The notes under the pieces are model-generated. The model worked only from the letters and a program-made list of their open reading frames with translations, was not told the origin of the DNA and searched no databases. From positions 186,496,001 through 186,560,000 of the forward strand of contig JBITNC010000001.1 in NCBI GenBank assembly GCA_050084985.1: 64,000 nucleotides of DNA, written 5' to 3'. Source of the DNA: Nageia nagi. Taxonomy: Eukaryota; Plantae; Pinophyta. Below, in pieces: positions 25,350 through 38,759 of this stretch (positions are counted from its first letter, which is position 1; every line of letters starts with the position of its first letter). Position numbers and translations under genes: made by a program.

Positions 25350-26950
25350 ATCCTTGCTACCGGAAGCAATGCTTGGTAAGGGTTTTTCTAGGTTTAGTAA
25401 CTGCCATGCTCTATTCCCAATAACTCAACATTCATTAAGGTCGACCTGAGATAATTCTTACGGAATATATTAAATGTGATCGACAAATATGATGGTCGAT
25501 TTAGAATTGGTTCTTTCTTTAAAGTAGTTTATTAATTAAAAAGTAAAATGGGAATTGTAATTTACAATGACTCTCCACATTCATTAAGGTCTACATGAGA
25601 TACCTCTTGATCAATATATTAAATGTGATCTACAAATTTGAGGGTTGATTCTAGCAACGGTGAATCAAGTTTGGAATTGGTTCAAGCTTAATAATTAAAA
25701 AGTGAAATGGTAGGTGAAATTTACAATTTTTTAAAGAGAAAATCAAATTGGAGGTTACTAAAGAGATAGGAAGCTTCTTAAAGTTTTAAGAAGAATTACA
25801 AAATAATTTTAAATATTGTACTACAGTTTATTAGGATATTGTTTTTTGTGTGAGATGAGGATGTAGTTAATAGTTTAATAATTAGTTACTATATTTTTTA
25901 TTTTATTTTTTTTATAAAATTATCTATTTTTAGGGAAAGTTATTTTTAACCTAAGAGATAAGGGACACAAGTATCTTACTTAATGATTATGTGTGATATG
26001 AGAACTTACTTAATGATAATTATTTAATATCTACTAGTTAAATATTTTAAATATTTATAGTTTATATTTATAAATTACATGAATATACATTTATTTAAAA
26101 ATATAATAAAATTTAATTATTAATTTTAATAAATTATTTTATCAAACTGTTTGTGTTAAATGAAGAGGTGCAATTTAAAACTTTTTAATGAGGAAATAAA
26201 ATTGCATGTACTAAAGAGATAGAAAGCCTCTAAAAGATTAAAAAAGAATTGTACAATAATTTTAAAGATTGTACTACAATTTATTAAGATATTTGTTTCA
26301 TGTATGACATAAGAATGTTGTTAATAGCTAAGTAATTAATTATTATATTTAATGATTATTATTTAATATCTACTAATTAGATATTTTAGATATTTATAAT
26401 TCAAACAATAATTGATTTTCAATTTTTTTTTAAAAATTTCGAATGTTTTATTTAAGGTTTTGTGTAGGTTTTGTAATGGCCATACTCTATTCCAATGAAT
26501 CTATATTCATTAAAGGCAACTTGAGATAACTCTTGCCTAATATATTAAATGTGATCAATAAATCTTAGGGTTGATTCTACTAACTTGGCTCTTCCTTTAA
26601 AGAGCTTAATAATCAAAAAGTGAAATGGAAGATGCAATTTACAATTTTTTAATGAGGAAGTCAAATTATAGGTTAGGAAAAATATAGAAATCCTCTAACA
26701 TCTTTAAAAGAATTTGCAAAATCATTTTAAAGATTTTACTACTAAATTTATTTGGATTTTGTTATATGTGTGACATGAGGATGTAGTTCATAGCTAAGTA
26801 ATTAATTATTATATTTTTATATTTAATAATTATTATTTAATATTTAATAGTGTAGTTATTTTTTAAATTTGGTAGATTATATAATATTTGATTTTTAAAA
26901 TTTTTAACTTTTAGAATACTTTAGTTTAAAAATTTAAAATTTATATTATT
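25350..26950 (-). repeat. Promoter-module repeat array upstream of copy B
   Basis: Anchor caattttttaatgaggaa.tcaaa variants at ~25724, 26182 and 26642, plus a partial unit at 25350-25570. Confidence 0.75.
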
Positions 26951-28129
26951 TTATAATATAATTATAAATTATATGAAAGTAAGTTCATATTATAAATAAT
27001 AGATTTTTTAAATTATTATTTTGCACAATTCATTTTATCATATTGTTTGAGTTAAAGTATTAGTGCATGAATTTTATATTTCTATAATAATTATTAAAAA
27101 AAAAATATTTGTCAATTAATTTTTTTTTAATTTAATCTCTTTTATAATTAAATTATATTATAATATTATTTTTATTCATAATTCAAATTTTTTCAATTGA
27201 TATAATTGAATGCTTAGATTTATATAACACATATTTTAAATAATAAAATAGATCAATTATGTTTTTATTTAACACATTTAATGTAGATCATTTTTTTAAT
27301 TTAATTTTATTTTTTACTATATATTTTTAATTTTATTTTTAAAAGATATTTAGGGACACATATTTTGGTTCTTCCCATTCCTCATCTACCATTTAAGGAT
27401 GCCTCTTAGAAAAAAGCAAAATATGGATTTAAAAAGACTTAAAATATTTTCTAAACAAAAAAAATAACTTCATAGTTTGTTCCCATAGAGGAAGATGCCT
27501 ATGAAGAATCCATATTTTTAATGTGTTCTACTATACTTTATTGAGTAAAGGATGGGTCCTATCCATGCTCAAAATGTGAAGCTCAAACTTCCATTTTAGA
27601 AAACATAAAAGGTTTCGTCCTTACCATCACACCACATCTAGGGATTTATGAAGGAGATCAACATGAAACACATCAAGTTCATTACGCTTCATAGGCATGC
27701 ACTTTGCTTCCTACAAGAAATACATCAACATTGTAGCTCCTCCAAAAGATATCATATTACTTCATCTCCCTCCTCATCGAAGCCTCTAACCATCATCCCT
27801 AACTCTAAATTTTGATCTTCCTCACCAATAGATGTACAAGAAACTTGTACTTCCTTTGTTAAGATTTCTAAGATTAGCTCTTTAAAGACACAATCCATAT
27901 TACAATTCAATTTACTATTAGAATGAACTTGCATCCCAAAAATAAATTATTTCTACCATCTTTTATTTATTACAATATCCATCATGGTGAGTAAATCATC
28001 TTCTTTGACAACATTCTCACATATAAATTGTATCAATAATATCAACTTCATAGTAAAAGGGTTTCAACATGAGGGTTTCAACAAGGGGCATCCATGATAT
28101 TGAAAGTTCTTTTATTTTGGAAAAAATTA

Positions 28130-30365
28130 GTAATAGTTACTATGGAAAACTACTACACAACCTACAAGGTAGGAAGTTAGCCCTAGTAGCATGGACATAG
28201 CTTTGATGGGTTCCTTAGGCCCCCTTGTATCAACATGTACACCTCTAGAAAGTAATGAAGCCTAATAGGGATGAAAAGCTAAAGATGGTACATGAATATA
28301 AAGGAACTCTATCTCAATATGTTATACAAAATAAAGGTTTGGTTACTCAACATACATTATATTCAAAAATATTATTTCAATACATGCAACTATGGAACAA
28401 ATATACAAACAAGAATGAATATGGTTATTTGAGAGCTACCACCAATGTGACTTGGGTGGAGATCAAGAGCCATAAAGTTCATAATAATCTAGAAATCCAT
28501 GTGAACTATAGGCTCATATATTAGTTCCTATGAAGATGACTCCACCAAAATACCATTGAAAATTATGTTATCAATTCTTGGACCACCAAAGGTAAAATCA
28601 CTATTATCCATTACTCTAATATTTATTTTCTTGCTTTGTTTACTATGAAGGAGAACAAAGACTATATATTTCAGGAAGGTCCATATTTTTTTGGTAAATT
28701 AGGGTTATTTACGAAGCCTTGGTATTTTCATTTTAAGCCAGGTGAGGAAAATCCCAAAAAAAGCACCAGTATGTATCTAATTACTAAGCTTATCATTTAT
28801 ACTATAGGATGAAAATATTCTAGAACCAATGAGTAACTAGAATGGGATCCAAGTGTACATATTGATCATAATTTGAGCATAAATATTTATATGCCTTTAT
28901 ATGTGCATATGACATATCCACCCTAGTTTTTAATGTGTTGATAATTCTCCATTATTAGGGTATGGAAAAGAATAAATAATCAATTATGAAAGTGTCCCTT
29001 TCAAATATAGGGTATTCTCTGAATATAGCCATCTAACCAAGAGTTAGTGGAATATTTCTCATACCCTAATGCAAAAGCCATTTGGATAAGCCCAAAAAAT
29101 AAGTTAGAGATAGAGCCCCAAATACTAACACTCCTCAAGATATCACAATACATAACCATTTCCATAACCTAATAGTCTCATACTATCCACTAGTCAGATC
29201 CACACTTTCCCAATCTAATTCTAAGCCTACAATGATAATTGTTGAACTAATGTAAAGATCCACCCTTTAAAAAATAATCTTGTGTTATTAGTAGAACCTA
29301 TTACAATGTTATATCCTTTGGAAGACCCAATTCCTTTTCAAGATATGTATACTAATATATTCAACAAGCCTACATAAGAATGATCAAATAAGATGGCCAC
29401 ATAATAAATAGATAACTACTTTATTAATAGATCATAAGAAAGATTTGAAAGGGTGAAAAATAAAAACCCCTAAATAAATTCAAAGTATCACATGTGGAAA
29501 AAGATAAAAAGAGAGGCATCCAACCAAAGAAAGAAAAATTACTACAGCTTTCCAGAGAAGGCATTGAAGATGAAATTCAATATCAGTTAGAGAAACTAAT
29601 GGATACTAAAAAGGTCATACATGCCTATGATTATATCTTCATGGAAAACTTAAGGTATCCATTCCCCTATATAAATAATAATAGTAATATTTTTATCCAC
29701 CAAGAAACTCTATTATTCTTCTTATTCAAGAAAAAAGTCATCTATCTCTATGTATTTATGTAATAGCTCATAATGCCAAGGGAAATTCAGGAGGATATTC
29801 TATTTTATGGAATAGTCTTAAAAGTTAATGTACTTTGAAATTTCCTAATGAATCATGGATGGATATCTAAATCAGGTATCTTGATACTAGTTTTTCCTTT
29901 CAACTAATTACATTTATGCTCCTAAGATTTAATAAGAAAATAGAGTGCTAGAAATAGATCTTAGCCTAGCTTAAAATATATAAGGAACTTTGTAGCATAA
30001 TTAGTATACAATTAAAAACCATTAAAATATTATAAAAAAATAAGCTAATAAATATAGACTTAAAAATATGAAAAAAAATCAATAACTTTGTTGATTGTAA
30101 TATGCTCTTTGAGACTTCTTGCACCAAGGCAAAGGTCTCCTGGTCAAATAAACATTCTAAAGACTTCCAAGTCCTTTAAAAAATGGATAAGTTCTTATTC
30201 ACTTCACATTGGTTAGCCTAATATTTTCTTATCCAATCAATTATTTTACCGCTAGGAGGTTCATATCACCTTCCTATCTCAACCAAATTTAAAATCCATA
30301 ACAAATGGAGAGGATCCTCCTTCAATCTTGAATGCATGTGATTACAACATGCGTATTTCAAAGAC
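28130..30365 (+). mobile_element. Decayed L1-type LINE 5' part (ORF1 DUF4283-like + endonuclease), right-arm copy, truncated at breakpoint
   Basis: EGPYFFGKLGLFTKPW at ~28675. Endonuclease end WSNKHSKD..KKMDKFLF..ILPLGGSYHLPI at ~30140-30280. Confidence 0.75.
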
Positions 30366-30404
30366 TTGAATGCATGTGGCTATAACATGAATGAATAAAT
30401 TTTT

Positions 30405-30880
30405 ATTCACTTCCTACAAGAATATATATTCATATCAATGGCTGATGGGATATATATAACATTTATGTAGGATCCTTGCTATTAGAATTAATGCTTTGTT
30501 TAGTATTTTGTCTAGGTTTAGTAATAGCCATGCCATATTCCCAATGACTCTCTAGATTCATTAAAGTTGACTTCATATAACTCTTATCAAATATATTAAA
30601 TATGGTCAACAAATATGAGGGTTGATTCCACCTACAATCATTGAATTGGCTCCTTCTTTAAAGGAGCTTAATAATTAGAAAGTATAATAGGAGGTGCATT
30701 TTATAATTCTTTAATGAGGAAATTAAATTATAGGATAGGAAAAATATAGGAAGGAATAAAAAAATTTCAAAGGAATCATAAAATAATTTTAATGATTCTA
30801 CTATTATTTTATGTATGACATGAGGATAACTAATAAATCATTACTTATAAAAAATTAAAAAATATAATAATTAATTACTT
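30405..30880 (-). promoter_or_regulatory. Copy D: orphan promoter, TATA and part of 5'UTR of a TPD1-like gene
   Basis: catatcaatggctgatgggatatatataac...ggatccttgcta...ctaggtttagtaatagccatg matches 25305-25450, followed by one promoter repeat unit. No CDS follows. Confidence 0.8.
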
Positions 30881-33287
30881 ACCATCAAAGGCTACTCAAG
30901 AAAAAATTAAATAAAAAAAAATACCAAGTTAAAATTTAACTAAACAATTTCCATTATTGCATATGTAGTAGCCACATATTCTACTTCTATTTTTGAATCT
31001 ACTATAATGAATTATTTTCATGACCTCCAAGAGATAGTTATTCATCTAAGACTCATGAGTTAGTATAATGTTGAAATGTCATTCCCTTTGTATCCATATA
31101 ATTTTGAATCTAAATATACAATCAATTTAAGTACTTCATCTTGAAATATTTGAGTCCAAAATCTTGAGTTCTCTTGAAATATATAAGAACTCTCTTTATT
31201 TCTATCTATTTTCCTTTACATAGTTTTTGCATAAATTGAGAAAAAAATCTAACCATAAATGAAATTGGTGGTCTTCTTATGGTTAGATAAATAAGACTTC
31301 AATGATTCTTTTGTATTTTGTATCATCTTTAAATTGGTTCCCTTTAATTGATTGAAACTTTAAATGTTGTTCTATTTGAGTAGAAAGAGGTTTACAATCT
31401 TACATGCCAAATCTATTTAAAAATTATCCTATTTACTCTCTTTTGGGAAATGAATATGTATCTTTGTTTTTAATTCACTTCAAACACCCAAGTAATAGTG
31501 AAGATGCCCCATCTCATTCATTTCTAAATGAAATTCCAATTCTTGTTTTACAGATGAAATGTATCCTTCTTTGTTACCTATTATTCAAAGATCATGTACA
31601 TACACAATAATAAATACAATAATATTACCACCTTTGCAAATTAGTAAAGTTGCAACATCAAGACTATAGAGCTTAAAATTGAGTTGTAAAATATTCTTAG
31701 TAATATTTTCATACGATGAATGAGGATTTTACTTTAGACCATTCAAAGACTTGAGATTATATACTTTTTGTTCTTGGCATTTTAATGCAAGTATCATGTA
31801 CATATTTGTTCTCATATTACTATTCAATAATATTATCTTCATGTCTATTTTTTGAACTATTCACCCAAACTAAGTTGACAAAACCATCAAAAAGTGAATG
31901 CTCACCCATTTATTTGTATGAAAAAATAATAATCATAATTAATTCCTTAATTCTATGCAAAACATTTAGCCAAATGAATCACTTTATGTTTATCAGATGA
32001 TCATTTTGATTTGTATTTATTTTTTTTAAACCCACTTGCAAGTAATTATTTGGGGATGATACAAAGGATCTAGCAACTTCCTTTGCTATCCTTAATGAGA
32101 TCATCATATTCATTTTTCATGGATTCTTTCCACATATCATTAGAAATAGCTTGTTTAAAGAATGTTAACTTTGAGATAATAGAGAAATTTAACTCACAAT
32201 CAAAAGAACATTCAATATCATCAACATCATCATCATCAGCATCTTAATTTGAATCTTCTACCACTCCATTTTCTTATTTACCTAGATAGGAACTTCTAGT
32301 TTCTATTTTCCCCACTTAATCAAGATGAATACTTTCAACTTTTTTGGAGATCCATTTTAGAATCATTTTAGATAATTGAGATTGAACTCAATTTTTTGAA
32401 GAGGTTCCATATTTTCATCAATAATCAACCTACCAATCCCTAAAATCACATCATCCAACTAACCTTTATTTTTAACTTTTAAGAAATGAAAAAATCAAGA
32501 GGAGAAGGGCCTACTTGAGGTACTTTCTCTTCAGGAACATATTGTATAGATTCCAAATTTTGATCCTATTTGGAAATATCTTATTCAAGATTTGTAATAT
32601 TTATAACTTAACTTCAATAAAGTATTATCATTGAAAAAACTTGTGCAGTGATCAAGCTAACTCTCAAGAGTCTTGTTGCTCATCAAAGATTCAATAAAAA
32701 TCACATCCCTTAGAAAGAGAAATTTCTTGTGTAAATCTCATCATTACTTATGACCCTTGGTAGTATCATATTACCCCAAGAAAATATATTTGCAACTCTT
32801 GGTACCAAGTTTACTTCCATATACCTTATAAATCAAGGTAAAATAAGTAGAACCAAAAATTCTTAAGATACATAAATTAAAATATATGATCAAACCATAT
32901 TTCATAAGGAGTTTTATTAATAAAGATCATTCATGAGATGAATATATATTTTTGATATATAATGCACAATGAACTATGTCACCCTAAAATATTAATTTTA
33001 CATTATTAAAATAACATTAAATGAACTATATTCTGAAATATTTTATTCATCCTTTTTACTATGCCATTTTGTTATGGGTTGTAAGGAATAATAGTTTGAT
33101 TATTTATTCCATGTTGATAAATATAGAGACCTTTGAATTCATTTTAAGTATATTCCCCCCATAATCATAATGAAGAATTCCAATATGAGTGTATGCTTCT
33201 TTTTCAATATTAATATGAAATTCTTTAAATTTTTAAAATACATTAGAATTATTCTTCAATAAGTACACCCAACACATATTGTTATTG

Positions 33288-33328
<41 letters not shown>

Positions 33329-33333
<5 letters not shown>

Positions 33334-33381
33334 TGAAAGATTAAACTCATATAGTTTTGTTTATATGGTTCCTTTCTTTTG

Positions 33382-33414
<33 letters not shown>

Positions 33415-33479
33415 ATCAGGAAAAAGTAAAAGAAAGGGACCATATAAACAAAACTATATGATTTTAAGCTTTCAACATT
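33329..33479. repeat. 52-bp near-perfect inverted repeat with microsatellite loop
   Basis: 33329-33380 against 33428-33479, 3 mismatches. Loop contains (TA)(GT)n; (AT)n lies at 33292-33327. Confidence 0.9.
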
Positions 33480-33704
33480 ATATATATTTGGAATAAATGA
33501 ATAGTTACTCACAATGATTACCTAATATACATGCTTCATAAGGTTCTATGTTCTTAGGAATAGTAGGAAAATCATTTATACCTTGCTTTATCAAATGAAT
33601 ATCATCATAATCAAGGTTCCAAAATCTTTCATACCAAAAAATACTTAATGAAAGTGTGTCTTTTACTTGATGTGAGAAAAATACATAATTCTTCGATCAA
33701 ACAA

Positions 33705-34544
33705 AATGGTGAAAATGTAGTACGTATAGTCTAGTTTTTAAATATATAATGTATTCCAATACCTAGATCATAGAATTTAAAATTATATTGGATGAACAAA
33801 AATAACTTTTTTGAAAAAAAATATATATATTTGGACCATACCATGCACCAATCTATCTCGCATAATTAGACTAAAATAAATATACTTTTTAAATCCTTTT
33901 AGGAATTTAAGATACTTAAGATATTGGAGTTTATCCTAGATATCTATTTTATTAATTTTTACTAAGATGTTTGTAATTTTGAAAATTGCTCATGTCTGTC
34001 CAACATAATTTGATCTAAACTTAATATTTTTTATAGATAATTCTATGAAGCTTTCCCCTATATAATTCTTTTTTCATAACTCCACCCCCCCCTCCCCCCA
34101 AAAAAAAAAAAAAGAACTTATTAAGAAAATACTAGAGCCTCATATTTCAAGTATATGGATCATTTTTACCAAAAAAAAATTAAAAACAAAAAATCTTATC
34201 TAATTGTAAAAAAATTACATATTTGAAATCTGAACTCTTTAATCTATAATGGGTTTTAATTTCATGAAAAAATTCTACCAAAAACTCCATCAAACATATG
34301 TTTGAAGTTGATATTTTCCATTAACATTGCCATGAACATATACTTGCAGTTCCAAGGCTAACTTTTGGCTCATCAAGCCTTTTTCAACCCTAAATTTGAG
34401 GCAAAATTAAAGATTAAAATATCAATATCCCAATAAATGTACGTATTTTAGTTTTAAATATCAAGATCTTTCGACATTGAATTTTAACTTCACCAATTTT
34501 TTACCACTTCCCCTTTAAGTGGACTCAGGTTCCTGCTTTCACCC
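33705..34544 (-). mobile_element. Non-autonomous TIR element, copy 2 (one end missing)
   Basis: Reverse complement of 41307-42190. TIR cctttaagtggactcaggttcctgctttcaccc ends at 34544. Confidence 0.75.
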
Positions 34545-35051
34545 TGTTATCATTCAATTCCTCAAACAAATTTTTCCTAAAGATCATATGATATGAAATA
34601 TTAGTATAAAGAAACCATAAATATCCCCATGATATGTATAAAGTATTGATAATAAAATAAAAAATTTAAAGTTCACACTCTTTTCATCTTTTTGATCCTA
34701 ATTTTTAAGTTTATCTTTGATTTTATCCCATGACGTTTGACATGTTTTGACATCAAGACTATCTTGATTGCATCAAATAGTATGAATATTAGATAACTCT
34801 CAACCATTATCACCTTCAATAGGTCTACCTCATTTCCTCTTTTATTCCTATCATAACCATGCTTGCTACCCTCCCCTCTAAAAGAATCATATTGTATATT
34901 ATTTCCTTTTTGCAAATCAAATAATGCATCCCCAATAAGTTGTATAAATGTTTTTCCAAAAGATGCTCACATTTTACAATTTTATCTACTAATGTATTAA
35001 ATAAGAAATATTCTGATTGACCATTAGTTTGGAGTGACTCAAGGTAATCAC

Positions 35052-35057
<6 letters not shown>

Positions 35058-35138
<81 letters not shown>

Positions 35139-35156
35139 CACACACACACACACACA
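35058..35156. repeat. Compound microsatellite (TA)n(GA)n(CA)n
   Basis: Read directly from the sequence. Confidence 0.95.
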
Positions 35157-36549
35157 AAATATTTGGGATTTCTAATATAAATATCATGGGATCATTATCC
35201 TTCAAATTAATGTTAAAAATTTTAAATTACAATTGGATTGATTTTAATTTTGAAGGGAAGTCAAATAAGTGTTTCAACTCTTTTAAATAATTCCTTACAA
35301 CATCAATGGACTTAATATGGTGATTAACATCTTCATTCATAAAAGGAACAGCCAAAGAATAAACCTTCATATTTTAATTGTTCTAAACTACAAGCTCCTT
35401 TTAATTAGTTTATTTGGTGGGAGGATTTTCACCATCCAAAATTCATTGAAAATAAGTGTATATTTGAGTTTTATAGATCACTACAAATAGTTTTCCTTTT
35501 TGATCAATTTGATACCAATAATACTCACAAGGGAATGAACTTTTCAAATCTTCAAAAGTCAATTATAGATTTATAAAATTCTTCACATAACTTCTTCATC
35601 CAATAGAATATCTTTACAAATCAGGTTCACATTGTTCTTAATTTGTAGTCTTCAAAATTATTTATCTCATAGAAGAAGAAGAATCCAAATCAAAGCTAGA
35701 ATTTGTATTTTATTAAAAGAAATACAATTTAGCTTTTTAAATCATTGTAGGCCTAAATTTTTAGTTTTTTACTTTTAAAATTTAAATTTTTTTATTTATA
35801 AAACATGGGTGAAAGATCAAAGTTGGTGAGTGCAAAGGAGGAAGATAGGTGAGTGGGATCAAATCTAAACACTAGAAGTGAGTAGGTACATAAGGTTCAC
35901 CAAGTTAATTGGAAAGGGGCATGCATAATAGGTAGGGGAAATACAAATAGCATCAGGCAACTACATAGATATTAGGGCACATAGTTAGGTACAATACAAA
36001 GGGCATGTGGGAAAGTGGAGATGCATAGTACACAACAAGGGAAAGTTAGCATGAAATGCTCACAACAAGGCATAGGATAAGATCAAATCCACATGGGAAA
36101 AATAGAGAGTGGTCATCATAACATAGGGCACATAAGATTGTAGTATAGGGAGAATAGCTTTAACACTATAAAGTATAAACACACTAATGAATGCACATGC
36201 ATTGTTAGAATCTAAGGTAGTGGGGTCTAAAGTAATAAGGGTACACACATTAGAAATGGTATTTTTTGAATCAAAACCACATATATCTAAGGGGTAAATA
36301 TGTTATTTTATTTAAGATACAACATGCAACCCTCCAAAACCACTCAATAAAAATAAAAACTAGACATCTAAACCCAACACCAAGGTTACAAACTTCAACT
36401 TTAGATATTTTAAATAAAAAAAGTATTAAAAAATTTAACTTAACATATAAAATTTATCATCTCAAAAATGGTTATCTGAAAATGGTCTCATATTTTGATT
36501 TAGAAAATCATATTTTTAAAAAGTTAAATATTATGGGATAATTTTGGTA

Positions 36550-38700
36550 GCATTTTGCTTTATCTTTCATGTTATTATAGGGTAAACTATGAATACCTTA
36601 ATAAGACCTTAATGATCTAGTAGATTTCATACAAAATGCTCAAAAAGTATTTTTATCTTTATATCCTGATACTATTATAATTTGTTAGAATAACTCCAAG
36701 GAAAAAAGCATTCTACTAAATTCAAGATAAGATTAAATGCATCAAAAATTTACTCTGAATATTCACCTCCATCAATGACCTTTGGATTACATATGGACTA
36801 TTCATATACCCTTGGTTATTACTCCTAATATTCAACTAAACTCCTATAGTTTAATTTACTAAATATAGTAAGTACTATTATTATATTATAAATACATTAA
36901 TCCTTACGGATTAGGCTTCAAATGTTTTGGTAATGAAAGGTAACTTTTTTTAAGAATAAAATTTAAAAAATACTATAGTAATATAAATATCCCTTTCCAT
37001 CCCTAAATCTTACTCCTAGACTCCCAAAAAGTAAAAACTATGTTAGTTGAAAGATGAAGATTTAGGCTATCTTAGAGTTTGAAGATGTATAAGCTATTTT
37101 TACTACCATCAAATAACATCCATAGAAACATATTGAAGATCAAACCATATTTAATAAATGCAAAAATAATCTTCATGTGATCATCTTACATGCCATATTT
37201 GATAATGTTCAACATTATATATGTAACTCAAAACATTTTGTTGATGTGTGGAGGACATTGAACAAATTCTTTACAATAAAGAATCAAAATGATATCCTAC
37301 ATTTGCATGGATAACAACACACTTTGAAACTAATATATGGTGAAATATTGAGTCCTTTCTTGATAGAGTTGTAAAATTTTGATCCTCTTTACTAGCATTA
37401 GGAGAGAGAGTGTAACCTAAGGTACTTGTACTCTTTATCTTGAGATAAATACTAGAGGTATACCATGAATCCAAATTTGATGATTTAGTTAATATATTGC
37501 ATCAAGAATCCTTTAAATTCATAATAATTTGAATGAAGAGGAGCATTCCATAATGTCCAATAGGAGAGATGAAAAGCCTTTTTAATGTAATGGAAACTGA
37601 AAGAATATGTCCTAGTCCAATTGAAAATAAAAGAAGAGTTGTTTGGTTTATGGAAATAAAGATCATGAATTATAATATTATTAGTACAATTTATTTTCTC
37701 AATGATATTCTAGTAACAAGAACAAAAAATAGAAAGGAATATATACTTTTTTTAATTAATGGTAAATTATATTAATAAAAAAAAGGGGATTAGAAGGCTT
37801 CCCTTGACTTTACATAGCAACATCATTAATCAAATTTATAAAAGGTACAAAAAGCCAATCTAAACTAGATATTTCAAGTGAAGAAACACTCCACCCTTCA
37901 AGAACTACCTTTATTATAAAAAAGTGCAGCCACCAACTAGAAACTAACAACAATAAGCCCAAATTTACATAAAAAACAAAGATTGCATAAGCAACCATTG
38001 CTAGGAACTTATAGCCTAAAAAAATAACTATAACAGATCCTATTAATTGAAACTAAGTTCTATTCTAATTTAAAATAAATATTCAACCATCTATAAACCA
38101 ATATTATCCCTTCTTACTACCTAAATGATAATAATGTTCTCATTACCTTGAACTTGAAGGCCATATTTTCATAGTTCTTCTTATAGAATTCAATATAGGA
38201 TTTTGTTTCCATTAAGATTAGTAGAGAATCCCTTGGTGAGATAATTATAAAATGCTTACTTTGCTCTCCTCCTCTCATTATTACCTCACAAATCATTTTA
38301 TTATCCATTACTCTTAATTTCGCATTAAAATTGGAATTGCTTTTGTCCCTCTTCTACTTAGACTTGGAATACTTATAGTCTTAACTAGTTTCTCCTTTTT
38401 GGTCTCATTCCCTTGGTTTCTAGCTCTGTACCTTTTTAGTTGCCATTGATATTAAGTTCTACATTTATTTCTTTTAGATCCATGGGAGACTAGGATTATA
38501 GTTTTCATGAGCCACCTCCAAACATGATTATTAGAAAGGAGTATCTCCTAAGAAAAAATGTGAGTGGAGAAATAGAGGACCACCTCCAAGGTGATGAAAT
38601 TAAGCGAATGTTGGTAATCATCTTGAAGAAGAGAAGGAAGAACCTCAAAAAATAATTCTTTATTATAGGGAGAAATCATTAATAGATTCACGTAGTATGT
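36550..38700 (-). mobile_element. Highly decayed LINE-like fragment
   Basis: ILMETKS (~LQETK) at ~38210 and faint RT N-terminal similarity at 36700-36910. Confidence 0.35.
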
Positions 38701-38759
38701 TTATTAAGGTGCTTCAAATCTCATGATTGATCAAAAGAATTAGTTTATTTTCATGGTTG

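Larger units (their letters stand above)
22305..30365 (-). repeat. Right arm of large inverted duplication (8 kb, carries intact copy B)
   Basis: Reverse complement of 5850-19930, minus the LINE, the 1-kb TIR element and the tRNA-TIR element. Confidence 0.9.
30900..35750 (-). mobile_element. Decayed Ty1/copia element (gag, integrase, RT/RH), interrupted by a TIR element and microsatellites
   Basis: Minus strand: NLKDNDPM gag motif (~35200), zinc-knuckle-like DVKTCQTSW (~34740), FWYERFWNLDY (~33620), LIYLTIRRPPISF...KRVLIYFKRTQDFGLKY (31150-31300). Confidence 0.7.
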
